DNA of 64,000 nt from Spirochaetia bacterium (GTDB lineage: Bacteria > Spirochaetota > Spirochaetia > SP-2023): the NCBI GenBank assembly GCA_965225855.1, contig CBDDCK010000005.1:352001-416000 (forward strand), in the 5' to 3' direction. Positions 1-9,917 of the stretch are shown here, in pieces; within the stretch, counting starts at the first letter, position 1, and each line of letters opens with the position of its first letter. A program made the position numbers and the translations under genes. Below the pieces are notes generated by a model. That model was given only the letters and a program-made list of their open reading frames with translations, had not been told where the DNA came from and ran no database searches.

Positions 1-1529
1 GATAGTTGGGAGAGAGCAACATATACCAGTTGGCCATTGGATTCTATAAAACTCTGTTGTGCTGGCGCTTGTGCTAACATTTGGAATTGCTCACTTCGTT
101 CGCGGCGTTCTTGGTTTAGCTGAATCAATTGTTGGGCCTTCTCGCGGCGCTCATCGGAGCTTTTAGCCATTAGCAGATCGGTAACGACTTCGGTATGCCC
201 CATGCGTCCCGCAGAATTGAGTATGGGTATCACCTTCCAAGAAAGTTCCTTCACGTTGAGGTCTTGGCCGAGCATTCCCAATTCTAGCAGCAATTCCCGC
301 AGGCCAGGGCGGGGGTTAGCCATTAGTTTGGCTAACCCTAGCTGGACAATAATTCGGTTTTCATTTTGTAGGGGCATCATATCGGCAATGCTGGCGATAG
401 CCATTAGGTCTAGGCTTTGATTTAAGATTTTGCGGGGAATTTCCATTTTGTGCAGCAAGATTGAGATAAGCAATTCCACTTGGCTTTCAAAAGTATCTAG
501 TTTGCGGTAAAGAGCTTGGCGGCTCAAGCGCAGTAATTCTTGACGCAGGATTACGGCATTTTGCAAAGCTCCCGACTTTCGTAGCTTCTCGGCCAAGCTA
601 GGGAATTGGCGCAGTAGTTCTTGGCAAAAATCTAGCAAATAAATATCGCAAGAATTCCCGTAGATGTTTGAGAGAGCTTGGCGTGTGGCTTTTACTGTAA
701 AGCTTACCAATACTTCATTTTGGATATATTGATATAAACGCTGGTGATCTTCTGGTACTTTTAATTCTAGTTCTAGTTGGCTGTGCAGGCAGAGGTTTTG
801 CAGTTTGGCAGCGCGGACTAGGGTTTTACCATCTTCGGTTGTGGCAATGTCCAGCAGGCAAAAGCGTTGGCTATTGCCTTCGGATTCTTTCATATACGCT
901 AATGCCCATAAGAATTTCCCTACCACACTGGCGGCACAAATATTTTTAAAAGGGTAGGGGCTTTGTTCTGTTGTGCTGCTGTGAGGGTTTACCAATGCAT
1001 AGGCTTCTGGCCGTTGTTCTTTGGGAGTGTGGTGGTCTAATACTACCACATCAATGTAGAGCTTTTGGGCTGCAATAATTTCTTTGTGGTTCGCACAACC
1101 ACAGTCTACCGTTACAATTAGGGTAATTCCCTGCTCGGCTGCTTCGTTTACCACATCGGTACTTAGGCCGTAAATATCTTCTGCCGTAGAGTTGCGGTAT
1201 TGCATGTTGCTTTGCTGTATGCCTAGGGCTAAAAGCCCGTGATATAGAATGGCGGTAGAGCTAATGCCATCTACATCGCGGTCTCCAAAGATGAGTATTT
1301 GTTCGCCTTCTTCAATGGCCATCAATACGCGTTCGGCTGCATCGGCCATTTCACTAAGTAAAAAGGGGTTGTGTAGATATCGTTCGCTACTTTCTAAGAA
1401 ATATAATAGGTCTGTGCTTTCGCTTAGGCCTCTACGCATGAGGATCGAACTAAGCAAAACGTCAATTCCTAATTTTTTGCTTAATTTGCGTATGCTGTCT
1501 TGTTCTAAATTTTGTTTATGCCAAATCAT
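1..1529 (-). CDS. recJ: Single-stranded-DNA-specific exonuclease RecJ (5' part; runs off the left edge of the window)
   Basis: Not in the ORF track because it is open at the edge. Manual translation of the minus strand from ATG at 1529 gives MIWHKQNLEQDSIRKLSKK...LHNPFLLSEMADAAERVLMAIEEGEQILIFGDRDVDGISSTA..., with later VDCG and LDHH motifs of the DHH family. Confidence 0.92.
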   Translation of the reverse strand, partial: MIWHKQNLEQDSIRKLSKKLGIDVLLSSILMRRGLSESTDLLYFLESSERYLHNPFLLSEMADAAERVLMAIEEGEQILIFGDRDVDGISSTAILYHGLLALGIQQSNMQYRNSTAEDIYGLSTDVVNEAAEQGITLIVTVDCGCANHKEIIAAQKLYIDVVVLDHHTPKEQRPEAYALVNPHSSTTEQSPYPFKNICAASVVGKFLWALAYMKESEGNSQRFCLLDIATTEDGKTLVRAAKLQNLCLHSQLELELKVPEDHQRLYQYIQNEVLVSFTVKATRQALSNIYGNSCDIYLLDFCQELLRQFPSLAEKLRKSGALQNAVILRQELLRLSRQALYRKLDTFESQVELLISILLHKMEIPRKILNQSLDLMAIASIADMMPLQNENRIIVQLGLAKLMANPRPGLRELLLELGMLGQDLNVKELSWKVIPILNSAGRMGHTEVVTDLLMAKSSDERREKAQQLIQLNQERRERSEQFQMLAQAPAQQSFIESNGQLVYVALSQL

Positions 1530-1666
1530 GGGCAAAGTCTAGCGAAAGTTGAGGGCCTTTTATAGAGCTTTTACGCCATTGCTTTGAAAGCTTTGCATTA
1601 ATGTGCTAAATAAGCAGAGATAGGCAAGGCCCAGATTGACAAGTAACTATAAAATTGCAAAAGTCC

Positions 1667-1695
1667 TTGACAAATTTTGCCCCCATTCATAAATT
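1667..1695 (+). promoter_or_regulatory. Putative sigma70 promoter of lipoprotein gene 1
   Basis: TTGACA (1667-1672), 17-bp spacer, TAAATT (1690-1695); GGAGG RBS at about 1750. Confidence 0.55.
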
Positions 1696-1762
1696 GATAT
1701 GTGATGGCAAAGCTTTTGAATTTGCTAACTTTAATTTTTCTCTTTTTTTGGAGGTATTACTT

Positions 1763-4700
1763 ATGAATAAGCATAGATTATTTTTATGGCCTATAGCTTT
1801 GCTATTGGGCTTGGGTATGGCGTTTTCCTGCGCCCCGCCCGATGATGATGATGGGCCATCGAAGCCGTCTAAGCCGGATATTAGTAGGGTTATGTACGAT
1901 TTTCATACGGGTGAACTAACTTTAAATGGTAGCAACCTGCCTACCACAGATTTGAAGTTGGATAAGATTTACGTTGGTCTTAAAGGCACTGAAATTGCTT
2001 TGAAAGATAGTTCTGGAGCAAAAGCTGAACAAGTGTCTATCACAACGAGTAAGCATATCTATAAAATTACGGATGATGCTGTTCATGATATTTTTGAAAA
2101 AGATGGTAAATTGAATAAGGCTGGTACGGCCTATAACCTAAAGCTGGACGCAAATTGGGTAATGGCTGACACAGGTTCACAGCAGGATACAATTGAAATT
2201 TCGGTTATACATGTTACCGATGAACCAGGTCTTACAAAAGTGCTTATGGAAAAATCAGGTAGCAATTATGATTTAACGCTAGAGGGATATAATCTAGGTA
2301 CAGCAGAATTGCAGTTGGGTAAGATTTCCGTTTCTGTAGGTGAAGACCAAAGTTCCGCTTTGTATAACAAAGTATCTAGGATCCGTTACGAAGATAGAAT
2401 GCACAGCTATAGAATTACGGATCCTACTATTAAAGGCTACTTTGACAAAGATGGTCCAATGGCTAAAGATGGTGATCAATACGAATTGAAACTAGCGGCA
2501 AATTGGGCAACGACTACCACAGGTGGAGTTATAGAAAGTATCCAAATTGAGGTTAGTGGCTTTAGTACTAAAGTAAACGAGGCAAGCTACGATGTTAGCA
2601 CTAATATCTTAACCTTAGAGGGTACTAACTTAACTAGTGCGACTGCGACCCAAGAGCAAATCCGAACTATCAGGGTAGATGGCGTAGTCTTAACTTCCTA
2701 TACTGCCGATAACACACCCAGTGGGTCGAATAGTGATAGTCTTGCAGCAGGTAGCTACCGCATTAAAGACGATGGTACAAAGATTTGGATTAAACTTACC
2801 AGTGGAAATGCAGCTACGCTTGAGGACAAGCCAGGTATGGATTCTGATGGTAGCAAAGCCGGTAAGCTTGATGTTAGCACTGGTACTTGGGCTGGTTTAG
2901 ATACAGCTAAAGACTTAATGGTTACTGGAAACTCACCACCATCTAGCCCTGCAATCACCAGTGCAGGCTACAATGTTGGTACAGGCGTGTTAGTGATTAC
3001 AGGTACTAATTTACCATCAACAGTTGGAGGCTGGGACTTCACTAAATTGAAGTTTGTCGCAGGTAATGGTACTAAGAGTACCGCATTAAAAGGGCACGCA
3101 GCCAAATCTGCTCACACAGCTACAGGTTCTGAAGCAAGTACAACAAGCTTAACGATTACTTTAACGGGTACTGAAAAAACCAAAGCCGATGGTATACTGG
3201 TTAAGAATGGTCTTCGTGATGATGGTGGTAAATACAACCTTGAAGCATTAGCAGGATTTGCAGGTGGTAGCGCTGAAGACCCAACAGGTAATGATATTTA
3301 CGTTGTTGGAAACCCAGCTAAAGTAAACGAGGCAAGATACAATGTTAGCACTAATATCTTAACCTTAAAAGGTATTAACTTACATAGTGCGACCCAAGAG
3401 CAAATCCGAACCATCAGGGTAGATGGCGTAGCCTTAACTTCCTATACTCCAGATGACACAGCCACTGGGGCAGATAGTGATGGTATTGCAGCAGGTCGCT
3501 ACCGCTTTAAATTCAACGATAACACAGAGATTTGGATTAAACTTACCAGTGGAGATGCAACTATGCTTGAGGACAAGCCAGGTATGGATTCTGATGGTAG
3601 CAAAGCCGGTAAGCTTACTAGCACTGGTGCTTGGGCTGGTTTAGATACAGCGAAAGACTTAATCGTTAGTGGAAACGCAGGAGCTAGCTCCCCTGCAATC
3701 ACCAGTGCAAGCTACGATATTATGACTGATATCTTAACCTTATTAGGTACTAACTTAACTAGTGCGACTGCGACCCGAGATCAAATCCGAACCGTCAGGG
3801 TAGATGAAGTAGCTTTAGATTCCTATGCTCCAGATGACACAGCCACTGGGACAAATAGTAACAGTCTTCTAAGAGATCACTACCGCATTAAAAACGATGG
3901 CACAAAGATTTGGGTTAAACTTACATCTGCAGATGCAACTGAGCTTGAGGACAAGCCAGGTATGGATTCTGATGGTAACAAAGCCGGTAAGCTTGATGTT
4001 AGCACTGGTTCTTGGGCTGGTTTAAATATAGCTAAAGGCTTAACCGTTAGTGGAAACACACCTCCATCTAGCCCTACCCCTGCAATCACCAGTGCAACCT
4101 ACGATGTTGTTACAGGCGCGTTAGTGATTACAGGTAATAATTTACCGTCAGCAGTGAATGGCTGGGACTTCTCTAAATTGAAGCTTGGCTTAAGTGGTTC
4201 TGAGACTGCCTTAAGTGTGCACGCACCTTCAGGTATGCACACAGCTACAGGTTCTAATCCAGGTGCAACAACCTTAACGATTATTTTAACGGGTACTGAA
4301 AAAGCCAAAGCCGATGTACTGGATACGAATGGTATTCATGGTTCTACTGGTGTTCTATACAACCTTAAAGCAGAAGCAGGATTTGCAACTGCTAGTTTAA
4401 GAGTAGAAGACACAACCAATAGTATTACGGTTAGTGGACACCCAGCTAAAGTAACCAGTGCAAGCTACGATGTTAGGACTGATATCTTAACCTTAGAAGG
4501 TACTAACTTACATAGTGCGACCGAAGAGCAAATCCAAACTATTGAGGTAGATGGCGTAGCCTTAAATTCCTATACTCCAGATAACAGTGCCACTGGGCCA
4601 GATAGTGGCGGTCTTGCACTAGATAAGTACCGCATTAAAACCGATGGCACAAAGATTTGGATTAAACTTACCAATTCAGATGCAACTGCGCTTGAGAACA

Positions 4701-5602
4701 AGCCAGGTATGGCTTCTAATAGTATAAAAGCCGGTAAGCTTAGTGTTGGCGCTGGTACTTGGGCTGGTTTAGATACAGCTAAAGCCTTAACCGTTATTGG
4801 AAACAAACCACCCCCTACAATCACCAGTGCAAACTACAATGCTCATACAGGCGTGTTAGTGATTACAGGTACTGATTTACCAACAACAGAGAATGGCTGG
4901 GACTTCACTAAATTGAAGTTTGTCGCAGGTAATGGTATTACTAGGAGTGCTGCATTAAGTGGGCACGCAATCAAAGCTGCAAACACAGCTACAGGTTCTT
5001 CAGCAAGTGCAATAGGCTTAACGATTACTTTAACGGGTACTGAAAAAACCAAAGCCGATGATATACTGGTTAAGAATGGTCCTCGTGATGGTGATGGTCT
5101 ATACAACCTTGAAGCATCAGCAGGATTTGTAACTGGTAGTCTAGATGTAGAAGACCTAACAGGTAATGCTATTGTAGTTACTGGTAACCCTGCAATCTCC
5201 GTAGTAGCCTATACTGCAGATACAGGCAAGTTATTGATTACAGGTACTAATTTACCAACAACAGTTGGAGGCTGGGACTTCACTAAATTGAAGGTTGGCG
5301 CAAGTGGTTCTGAGATTGCCTTAAGTGGGCACGCAGCCGCAAGTACGGACACAGCTACAGGTTCTGAAGCAAGTTTAACAACCTTAACGATTACTTTAAA
5401 GGGTGCTGAAAAAACCAAAGTCGATAATGTACTGAATAAGAATGGTAATAGTGATGCTGGTAATATTCCATACAACTTTAAAGCAGAAGCAGGATTTGCA
5501 ACTGCTAGTTTAAGAGTAGAAGACCCAATCACTCCTATTTACGTTACTAAACAAGCAGGTGGTCCAGCAGGTAACGTAGGTGTCATCGGCAATACACCAT
5601 AA
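1763..5602 (+). CDS. Large modular surface lipoprotein, paralog 1 (architecture C-C-A-B-A-A-B-A-B-B; probable adhesin or surface antigen)
   Basis: ORF 1655..5602; likely start is ATG 1763 after GGAGG. Signal peptide with lipobox LGMAFS-C followed by APPDDDD. Ten ~120-aa T/G/A-rich repeats starting with ITSA(S/T)Y-like motifs. Confidence 0.85.
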   Translation: MNKHRLFLWPIALLLGLGMAFSCAPPDDDDGPSKPSKPDISRVMYDFHTGELTLNGSNLPTTDLKLDKIYVGLKGTEIALKDSSGAKAEQVSITTSKHIYKITDDAVHDIFEKDGKLNKAGTAYNLKLDANWVMADTGSQQDTIEISVIHVTDEPGLTKVLMEKSGSNYDLTLEGYNLGTAELQLGKISVSVGEDQSSALYNKVSRIRYEDRMHSYRITDPTIKGYFDKDGPMAKDGDQYELKLAANWATTTTGGVIESIQIEVSGFSTKVNEASYDVSTNILTLEGTNLTSATATQEQIRTIRVDGVVLTSYTADNTPSGSNSDSLAAGSYRIKDDGTKIWIKLTSGNAATLEDKPGMDSDGSKAGKLDVSTGTWAGLDTAKDLMVTGNSPPSSPAITSAGYNVGTGVLVITGTNLPSTVGGWDFTKLKFVAGNGTKSTALKGHAAKSAHTATGSEASTTSLTITLTGTEKTKADGILVKNGLRDDGGKYNLEALAGFAGGSAEDPTGNDIYVVGNPAKVNEARYNVSTNILTLKGINLHSATQEQIRTIRVDGVALTSYTPDDTATGADSDGIAAGRYRFKFNDNTEIWIKLTSGDATMLEDKPGMDSDGSKAGKLTSTGAWAGLDTAKDLIVSGNAGASSPAITSASYDIMTDILTLLGTNLTSATATRDQIRTVRVDEVALDSYAPDDTATGTNSNSLLRDHYRIKNDGTKIWVKLTSADATELEDKPGMDSDGNKAGKLDVSTGSWAGLNIAKGLTVSGNTPPSSPTPAITSATYDVVTGALVITGNNLPSAVNGWDFSKLKLGLSGSETALSVHAPSGMHTATGSNPGATTLTIILTGTEKAKADVLDTNGIHGSTGVLYNLKAEAGFATASLRVEDTTNSITVSGHPAKVTSASYDVRTDILTLEGTNLHSATEEQIQTIEVDGVALNSYTPDNSATGPDSGGLALDKYRIKTDGTKIWIKLTNSDATALENKPGMASNSIKAGKLSVGAGTWAGLDTAKALTVIGNKPPPTITSANYNAHTGVLVITGTDLPTTENGWDFTKLKFVAGNGITRSAALSGHAIKAANTATGSSASAIGLTITLTGTEKTKADDILVKNGPRDGDGLYNLEASAGFVTGSLDVEDLTGNAIVVTGNPAISVVAYTADTGKLLITGTNLPTTVGGWDFTKLKVGASGSEIALSGHAAASTDTATGSEASLTTLTITLKGAEKTKVDNVLNKNGNSDAGNIPYNFKAEAGFATASLRVEDPITPIYVTKQAGGPAGNVGVIGNTP

Positions 5603-5695
5603 CCCTAATTCTTTTAGGTAACGAAGCAGGATAATTATTGCTATAATCAATGATTGTCTGGCTTATTTTTAGCTTTTAGAGCATTATGCTTATTC

Positions 5696-5753
5696 AGCAA
5701 GCAAGGTTTTGGGTTTAAGCCCAAGGCCTTGCTTGCTTTTTTTGGGTGTAAAT
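5696..5753 (+). terminator. Rho-independent terminator after lipoprotein 1
   Basis: AGCAAGCAAGGTTTTGGG / CCCAAGGCCTTGCTTGCT stem followed by a T run. Confidence 0.7.
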
Positions 5754-5940
5754 ATGGCTAGTAACAACAAACCAAGTTAGTAGTGGGTTGCGACTAGCTT
5801 GGTAGTGGAGTAATCGCTATCCGAGTCTAGCTTTTAGAATGGACTGCCTTATTTGTGGGGTGCTAGTTAAAACCAAACTCTTGCTTTGTAGGTTATATTG
5901 GGGTAAATCGTATTTACAATCGTTATAAAGGGCCAATACA

Positions 5941-6558
5941 ATGACTGATCAAGAATTAAAAGACTTAGTAGCAAGCTTAGCCATTGCCCAAGCCAAGACC
6001 GATAAGCAATTGGCCAAAACCGATAAGCAATTGGCCGAAACCGATAAGCAAATTCGCACTTCCCAAGCCAAGACCGATAAGCAATTGGCTGAATTTACTA
6101 AAGGGCTCAATGATTTGAAAAAGCTGTTTGGCAGTGCCCAGAACAACCAAGGGCAAATCAATGAAGAATTTATATGCAACAGTATTATTGCCCAAGACCA
6201 AGCAACCAACGGCAAGGTGCTCTGGGGTGTTTGTTACGATTATATAGAGCGCAATGTCAAAAGCCGTTTTGGCCAGACCCAAGGTGAGTACGACTGCGTT
6301 GCCTACAATGGTGATAGCATTGCGATTGTCGAAGTCAAGAGCAAGGCCCATATCAACGATATAGCCAAATTCCCCACGATGATAAGGACATTCCGCATTC
6401 TATATCCGATGTACAAAGACTTTAAGATTTACATAGGCATTGCCTCTTTGCATATCAATAATGATGTAGTAAAGGAATGCCAAGACAAAGGCTATGGTAT
6501 TTTGCGTTTGTCGGGCAACACACTGGAAGAACTGGCTAGCAAGCTTATCGCTCAATAA
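5941..6558 (+). CDS. Coiled-coil plus PD-(D/E)XK nuclease-like protein (DUF3782-like architecture)
   Basis: N-terminal heptad repeats (KTDKQLA), then GEYDCVAYNGDSIAIVEVKSK, which matches the D...ExK nuclease motif. Confidence 0.65.
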   Translation: MTDQELKDLVASLAIAQAKTDKQLAKTDKQLAETDKQIRTSQAKTDKQLAEFTKGLNDLKKLFGSAQNNQGQINEEFICNSIIAQDQATNGKVLWGVCYDYIERNVKSRFGQTQGEYDCVAYNGDSIAIVEVKSKAHINDIAKFPTMIRTFRILYPMYKDFKIYIGIASLHINNDVVKECQDKGYGILRLSGNTLEELASKLIAQ

Positions 6559-6679
6559 GGCTCTACTATCATTATAAGAGCAGGGTGCTGGGGGCAATTT
6601 GATCGATTTGTTTAGAGCAAAGACTGTTAGGCATTTACTATTTTTGCTACAATGCTTCAAATTCCTTTAGGATTCCGAA

Positions 6680-9157
6680 TTGGCAAAACATCGCAGCTTT
6701 CAATGCTATTCTGCTTATTATACTTCCTGTTATTCTGCGTGGTTAAGGCGCAGCTACTTTGTTTTGTGGTTGGGGCTAGGGTTGCTACTTACGATAGCGG
6801 CTAGTAATGTGCATTACCTACAGCTCAACGTCAATACCGATAAATTCTTTTTGCAAAGTGATGTCAACGCTCTAGCCAACCAAAAGTTTAAACAAACATA
6901 CCAAATCGGTGAGAGCATAGGTATTTATGTAGAAAGCCAAACAGGGACTTTACAGCCAGAACAACTAGAACATCTCAGTAAGTTAAGCCGAGAGCTAGAG
7001 CAATTGCCCTATGTGCGTTCCGTACAAAGTTTAGCTAATTTGTGGCAGCGCAGCCCAGGCGCAACAGCAGCAGAAAAGCAACAAAACCTTCGCAACTTTG
7101 TGGCCAAACATCCCGAACTACAAACCCTACATTCTGCAGATTGGCAAAAATTATGGTTGCTAGTAGAATTTTATCCCTATGAGCATTACCCGCTTAGCAA
7201 AAAGGCAGGCCCTTTACTGGACGCCTTATCGGAACTAGATGCACCGCACGGAGCATGGCAATTACCCCTAATACTGGAGGAGGCCAGCATATCTACATGG
7301 GAAGACTTACAGGCTCTATCACAACAAACAGGCCAACCCAGCCAACTCCTAGCCCAGCTTGTGGAACAATTATTACAGCGTTATCAGCAAAATTTACGTT
7401 TTATCCCCGTAGGAATTTTAACAAACACTTATCGCTTAGAAAGGGAACTAAGCGTAGATTTAATCAAAGTACTAATTATTGCTGGCTTAACTTGCATGTT
7501 CTTTATTTTTACATTGATGCAAAGCTCTATAACAGCTATAGCGGTTCTGCTCTGTGTGTTAGCCAATGTAGTGCTCGTTTTTGGTTTTAGCGGCTGGCTA
7601 GGACTTGCCATTGATAAAACATTGGTAATGATACCTGTTTTACTGGGTTTTGGCAGTAGTGTTAGCTATTGCATTCACATTGAAAAATCTTGGGAGAAAA
7701 TTTGGGGAGCTTTGAAAAAAAATCAGCACCATAATCAGCAAACTATATTGGGGCAGGCCATATTCCAAAATATACGCCCCCTAAGTTTTGCGGCTCTAAC
7801 AACCGTATTATCACTATTGAGCTTTATTGCCGTTCCAATCCCGATGATTCGCAACGCTGGTTTCCAATCCGCTTTAGCTGTATCTTTATCATATTTTTTG
7901 TCTCTTGGTTTGTTTTGTAGCCTGTTACAATTTTGCCGACCAAAAAATAAGAATAAAACAAGGTCAGCGATACACAAACCGGTAATTGCATTGGCCCTGT
8001 ATTTTTACCGCCATCGTGTGTGGAGTATCTCGGTTGCCGTAATCTTGCTGATTGCCAGTTTATTACTGCTAGCCCAAATAACAGTAGACCTTTCTACCGA
8101 ATCCATGCTAGGGCGCAAATTTACTTATGTGCGCGAATTACTGGAAGTTTCTGAATCTGAAATTGGTGCAGGGGGCTTTTATAATATTGACGTGGTATTT
8201 CCCAAAGAAAACAAAAAGACCAAGGAAAAGAAAAAGACTAAGCAGCTTTCTAATGATCTCCTCAAAAAATCACAATTACAACAGATTGCTGAATTTGAGC
8301 AGTTGTTGCGCAAAACAACCATGGTCAAAAATGTCTCTTCGGTAGTAACCTTTATCCAAAGTGTGCAGCGCATTTATCGTGGAAGTAAAGATTTACCAGA
8401 AACGGGCAAACAGGCAGAGCAAGCTTTACTCACTTGGGAGCGACTTTTTAGAGGGCAGCGCAGCCAGTGGTACTCAAAAGAAGCTAACAGCCTGCGTATG
8501 TTAGTACAAGTCAAGCAAGCTAGCTCGCAAGAAAATATTGCCCACATGCAGGAAATTCGCCAGTTGGCAGCCCAGATTTTTCCGGCAAGAATTACAGTCG
8601 AACCCTTGGGTGGGGTTTTTCAACTGGCCATTATGAACCAATATATAACCAAAGGTTTGCTGCGCTCTTTTAGCCTTTCATTGCTTTTTGTCGCTGTATT
8701 GTTGTTTATTTTATTGCGAAGCTTGCGCATCGGTTTGATTGCTTTGGTGCCCAACTTGTTCCCCGTTTTACTCACAGGGGCTACGGTTGTATTACTGGGG
8801 CGCAGTTTGGAATTTGTTTCGATGACGGTTGCACCCATGATAATAGGCTTAGCCGTTGATGATACCATTTATTTTCTCGGCCACGTACAAACCCTATTGC
8901 GTCAAAAAATTTATAACCAGTTTGATTTGGTGATAAAACATTCACTCGAGCAAATAGCTCCGGCCTTGATTACCACGACCTTGATACTTTGCGCTTTGTT
9001 TGCTTCCTTGCTTTTTTCACGTGCGAGCAATATTGGCTCTATGGGGCTTTATACTATTGTTGCCATGTTAGCTGCCCTATTTTCCGATTTATTTTTAACC
9101 CCAATACTGTTGCGTTGGGCTTTTGCTTATAAGTTCAAAAATTGTGATGGTAGCTGA
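6680..9157 (+). CDS. MMPL/RND-family membrane transporter
   Basis: 825 aa with two sets of TM helices and two large loops; IGLAVDDTIYFL motif. Confidence 0.8.
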   Translation: MAKHRSFQCYSAYYTSCYSAWLRRSYFVLWLGLGLLLTIAASNVHYLQLNVNTDKFFLQSDVNALANQKFKQTYQIGESIGIYVESQTGTLQPEQLEHLSKLSRELEQLPYVRSVQSLANLWQRSPGATAAEKQQNLRNFVAKHPELQTLHSADWQKLWLLVEFYPYEHYPLSKKAGPLLDALSELDAPHGAWQLPLILEEASISTWEDLQALSQQTGQPSQLLAQLVEQLLQRYQQNLRFIPVGILTNTYRLERELSVDLIKVLIIAGLTCMFFIFTLMQSSITAIAVLLCVLANVVLVFGFSGWLGLAIDKTLVMIPVLLGFGSSVSYCIHIEKSWEKIWGALKKNQHHNQQTILGQAIFQNIRPLSFAALTTVLSLLSFIAVPIPMIRNAGFQSALAVSLSYFLSLGLFCSLLQFCRPKNKNKTRSAIHKPVIALALYFYRHRVWSISVAVILLIASLLLLAQITVDLSTESMLGRKFTYVRELLEVSESEIGAGGFYNIDVVFPKENKKTKEKKKTKQLSNDLLKKSQLQQIAEFEQLLRKTTMVKNVSSVVTFIQSVQRIYRGSKDLPETGKQAEQALLTWERLFRGQRSQWYSKEANSLRMLVQVKQASSQENIAHMQEIRQLAAQIFPARITVEPLGGVFQLAIMNQYITKGLLRSFSLSLLFVAVLLFILLRSLRIGLIALVPNLFPVLLTGATVVLLGRSLEFVSMTVAPMIIGLAVDDTIYFLGHVQTLLRQKIYNQFDLVIKHSLEQIAPALITTTLILCALFASLLFSRASNIGSMGLYTIVAMLAALFSDLFLTPILLRWAFAYKFKNCDGS

Positions 9158-9229
9158 AAATAACTGTAAGACAATTGTTTGAAATTTTTTAAAGTTGTGT
9201 GGAATAATTTATGAAAAATCAAAAGGTAC

Positions 9230-9258
9230 TTGACCTAATATCTATTACATGGTAAATT
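9230..9258 (+). promoter_or_regulatory. Putative sigma70 promoter of the yajC-secDF operon
   Basis: TTGACC, 17-bp spacer ending in TGG (extended -10), TAAATT. Confidence 0.5.
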
Positions 9259-9455
9259 CCGCACGCTAATAATGGCCGTAGTGATTTTACTATTTTTCTA
9301 TGGTCGTTCTGGCCCAGTATATTTTTTCAGGGCTTTTTATTAGGCACTTCAGTACTTGTTCACAGTAGCCATACTTACTTGAGAATAAAGCAATGGGTTT
9401 TGTTGTTTTATTTTTCGTGTAGCTCAATAGTATTGTAAGTTGTAGGAGTAGTTTT

Positions 9456-9902
9456 ATGTTTTCTGTTATCCAAGATGCAGGTTTGTTTTTGCTTGCAGCC
9501 CCTCCCGCAGGAGGTGAAGGTGGGGCTGCGAATATGACCCAAACTTTTATTTTTATGGGGCTTATTTTTGTTGTCTTTTGGTTTTTTATGATTCGGCCTC
9601 AAAGGCAAAAACAAAAGCGACGCGAGGCCATGCTCAAAGCTTTGGACAAAGGGAATAAAGTGGTAACGATTGGCGGTATCCGAGGGGTAGTGACAAAAGT
9701 TACCGAAGATGTCGTTGCAGTGAAGATTGATAGTAATTGTAAGGTTGAATTTAGTCGTTCGGCAATTGCTGAAATTATCCAGCAAGAAGCGAATGCAAAA
9801 GAAAGTGTAGCTCCGTCACTGAATAAAGAGAAAGAAATTGCAGATCAAAAAAATTCTGAGAAAAATAAGAAGCAAGATAAGGGAGAAGAAGGGGCTCAAT
9901 AG
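9456..9902 (+). CDS. yajC: Preprotein translocase subunit YajC
   Basis: FWFFMIRPQRQKQK and GNKVVTIGGIRGVV motifs; directly upstream of secD. Confidence 0.95.
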   Translation: MFSVIQDAGLFLLAAPPAGGEGGAANMTQTFIFMGLIFVVFWFFMIRPQRQKQKRREAMLKALDKGNKVVTIGGIRGVVTKVTEDVVAVKIDSNCKVEFSRSAIAEIIQQEANAKESVAPSLNKEKEIADQKNSEKNKKQDKGEEGAQ

Positions 9903-9917
9903 CCTTGCGAAAAATTT

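Noticed and set aside
202..1542. Plus-strand ORFs 202-420 and 1249-1542
   Set aside because: They are antisense to recJ, which occupies the minus strand.
2294..5532. Minus-strand ORFs over lipoprotein 1, and similar antisense or alternate-frame ORFs over paralogs 2-4 (for example 35211-35695)
   Set aside because: Shadow ORFs caused by repetitive, biased coding sequence; they repeat in register with the modules.
9260..9455. Riboswitch or ncRNA in the long leader of yajC
   Set aside because: No recognisable family motif or convincing structure by eye.
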